Assembly (NCBI RefSeq): GCF_006345805.1
Contig: NC_043000.1
Span: forward strand, 102,362,001 to 102,426,000
From: Octopus sinensis
Taxonomy: Eukaryota
Direction: 5' to 3'
DNA: 64,000 bases
The notes under the pieces are model-generated. The model ran no database searches. It was not told the origin of the DNA and saw only the letters and a list, made by a program, of their open reading frames with translations. How positions within the stretch are numbered: position 1 is the first letter of the stretch; every line of letters begins with the position of its first letter. Position numbers and translations under genes: made by a program. Below are positions 61,571 to 64,000 of the stretch, piece after piece.

Positions 61571-63065
61571 GTATTTGTATGTATGTATTCATAATAATAG
61601 AAATGTTTACATTTTTACATAAAAGTAAGAAAACAGCTATAAATGAATCTAATTTTGTTTTCATATATAACCTGTCACTTTGAAATTACCGCCATCTTTA
61701 TATAAACGCACACACACACTTACATATACATAACCTGCATAAAATATATATTATATAACATAGTACTTTATGGTATAATACGTATATATACATATGCATG
61801 CGTGTATGTATGTGTGTGTTAATGTATGTATGCGTGTATTTACATGCTTGTATGTATGTATGTATGTTTGTTTGTATCTGTGAGAAGCATATCCGTCAAT
61901 CGTAAACAAGTATGACCGTATAACATGTACCGTACTTACGATAATTATTTTACGTCGTGAAGATATATGGGCATCCTGCCATACCCTCCATCATTGACCC
62001 AGCAAGACATCCAGAAGGTGAGACCTGGAGGAAGAGAGAGAAAATCATCTGCACTGGGTTGGTCCACATCTTTGTCCGAGCAAACTAGAGCAATGTAAAA
62101 TAAAGAACCTTGCTCAAAGCGTAAGCACGCTGCCCAGTTTGAGAATTGAACTGATAACTTTATGATCGGAGCGCAAAAACCTAATCACTAGGCCACTGAC
62201 ATTTACTGTACATTTTGTGTGCGCATATATGTGTGTGTGTGTGTGTCACTATTTATATATCTATATATATGTGTGGATTATTTGGTGGTTATTTGCTGTT
62301 TCCTCTTGAAGCACATCGGATTATTCCGTTATTACAATCCAGTATGTAGTCTCAGTTGCAGTTGTGTGTTAGCCAAAGTTGAAAATTACAAAAATATTAT
62401 TTGCAGAATTATTATTTTTGATCTTCTCTACAAATGAAGATATTTCTTTCGTTTTGCTGCTTTTCATTCTACGAAATGAGAAGATACATTGCGGAATTGT
62501 TATTTTAACGAGTTGTAGCTATTCATCACCCGATAAGATACATCTACGCCGCCAGATGCTCCTGAGCCAGTTATTAAGTATCCCACCCGTGAGGGGTCGA
62601 TACTAGATGTGTCTAAACAATTGTCGTGATTAATAAAAATTCTCGTATATTGCATCTTCTGTCTTCCATTTACTATATATATATATATATTTCTCCGTCT
62701 GAAGAGTTTCTAATAGGAAATACCTTACATGTCTATCTAACTTGTAAAAATTGTGATTCCTCTTAACAAATGTAACACGTGTAATGGTGAATAAATGATG
62801 CAAAATTTCCAGTTTCCTGTTTATACATTTATGTTTATATATATATATATTGCCGGCGGCGGTTACGGCGGCTGCAGTTTCATCTCGTATCCGACAGTTC
62901 AATTTCTTCTTTGCTGAACGCTTCCATTTGGATGTCGCGAAGATATAGAGTCTAGGTTTTGCAGCCATATTAGCAAGGTTGAATTAACAAAAGTATTATA
63001 GAACATAATTTCTTGCTATATAAGTGTATACATGTAGATATAGCTAAATATAGATATAGAGATAC

Positions 63066-63272
63066 TGTTGTCGGGATAATAGTAATAATGGTACACCCCT
63101 CCCACGTGACGAGTGGTATGTGCTAGCTCCTATAAATAAGGTAACGTTGGTCAGTATAAAGAGAGAGTACGAAGTAGATGGTCATGGATAGTCGTGGTCT
63201 TACTTGTCTTACTAACTATACTTGATTTACCAGAGTGAGCGTTATAACAATCCGACATTAAGGATTACAACA
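63066..63272 (+). mobile_element. 5' LTR of a Ty3/Gypsy retrotransposon (207 bp)
   Basis: Ends TGTTGT...ACAACA (6-bp inverted termini), internal tataaata TATA-like box, followed immediately by PBS-like gTGGCAGCGA (63273-63282). Confidence 0.85.
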
Positions 63273-63378
63273 GTGGCAGCGAATTAACAAAACTCGAATT
63301 AACAATTCTCGCGAGGAGTTAACAAATTCACAAAAGTTTCGTTTGTGTTAATTATACGGCAACAAAAATCGTTAGATT

Positions 63379-64000
63379 ATGGAAAATTTGTTGGCTGCTT
63401 TGCTCGAGTTTCAGAAACAGCAACATCAGCAACTGAAAAAACAACAACTGCAGCAGCTATAACTGCAAGAACATCTGCAGAAACAACAACAGCAGGAGCA
63501 ACAACAACAATTACTATTACAGCAACAAATGCTGTTTTAATGAATAGTAAGATATCAGGAAATGCTGGAAAAAATGTTCTAGCCAGATTATGTTGCGAAC
63601 TTGATAACAGAGTTTAAGTACGAACCAAACGAAGGAGTTACCTTCGAGGCTTACTATAGAAGATGCAAACAAATCTTCAATAAAGATTGCAAGGACTGAG
63701 ACGACAATATGAAAACGCATTTAATCTTAAGAAAATTGGCAGCAGGAGAACATATGAGCGTTACAGTAACTATATACTCTCGAAAAAAAGCCTTCTCACA
63801 TAAACTTTAATGATACAGTAGACACATTGTGTAAAATGTTTAGTGAGAAAAGCTCGTTGCTCAATACACGTTGGAAATGTTTGAATCTAGAGAAGAACAA
63901 CTAGGAGGAATACATCAAATATGCTAGTAAAGGTAACAAGGAATGTGAAAAGTTCAAGGTGAACGAATTGACGCCAGATATGTTCAAGTGCCTGATATTT
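63379..64000 (+). mobile_element. gag: Gypsy gag, decayed, runs off the window
   Basis: MENLLAALLEFQKQQ(poly-Q)...ITEFKYEPNEGVTFEAYYRR...LILRKL...F.DTV..L.KMFSEKSSLLNTRWKCLNL...YASKVNKECEKFK..EL..DMFKCLIF; in-frame stops and a frameshift. Confidence 0.85.

Noticed and set aside
62500-62968. ORF MAAKPRLYIF... and frame TSSIDPSRVGYLITGSGASGG as a gene start
   Set aside because: The first runs into a TA repeat, the second overlaps a SINE-like ggggtcgata motif; no recognisable domain or strong donor.

Overview
AT-rich, repeat-saturated eukaryotic DNA, most likely intronic or intergenic sequence from a coleoid cephalopod (Octopus-like). This is inferred from the SINE families and the extreme (TA)n/(CA)n/(GATA)n/(TAA)n density; no search was run. 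No intact protein-coding gene, rRNA, true tRNA or CRISPR array is supported. Most ORFs in the track are microsatellite read-through or retroelement fragments. Recognisable content: >25 tRNA-derived SINE copies in at least 4 families; R4/Dong-like (RT + restriction-like endonuclease) LINE fragments, most of them sitting in (TAA)n; several L1/Tx1-like fragments; an RTE 3' end with three C2H2 fingers; a Helitron helicase remnant and two non-autonomous Helitrons; mariner-type MITEs; and the 5' LTR, PBS and gag start of a Gypsy element. Most interesting observations: (i) a SINE body fused to a Tx1-LINE 3' tail that recurs five times and builds ~180-bp tandem arrays inside other copies of the same SINE; (ii) a ~190-bp-arm foldback with hammerhead core boxes at its apex; (iii) two (TA)n-embedded ~210-bp elements carrying a minimal hammerhead-like motif; (iv) a Tx1 copy embedded in (GATA)n; (v) two phase-compatible candidate host exons and a frameshifted U1/matrin-type zinc finger. 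Family names come from motif recognition, and boundaries of decayed elements are approximate.
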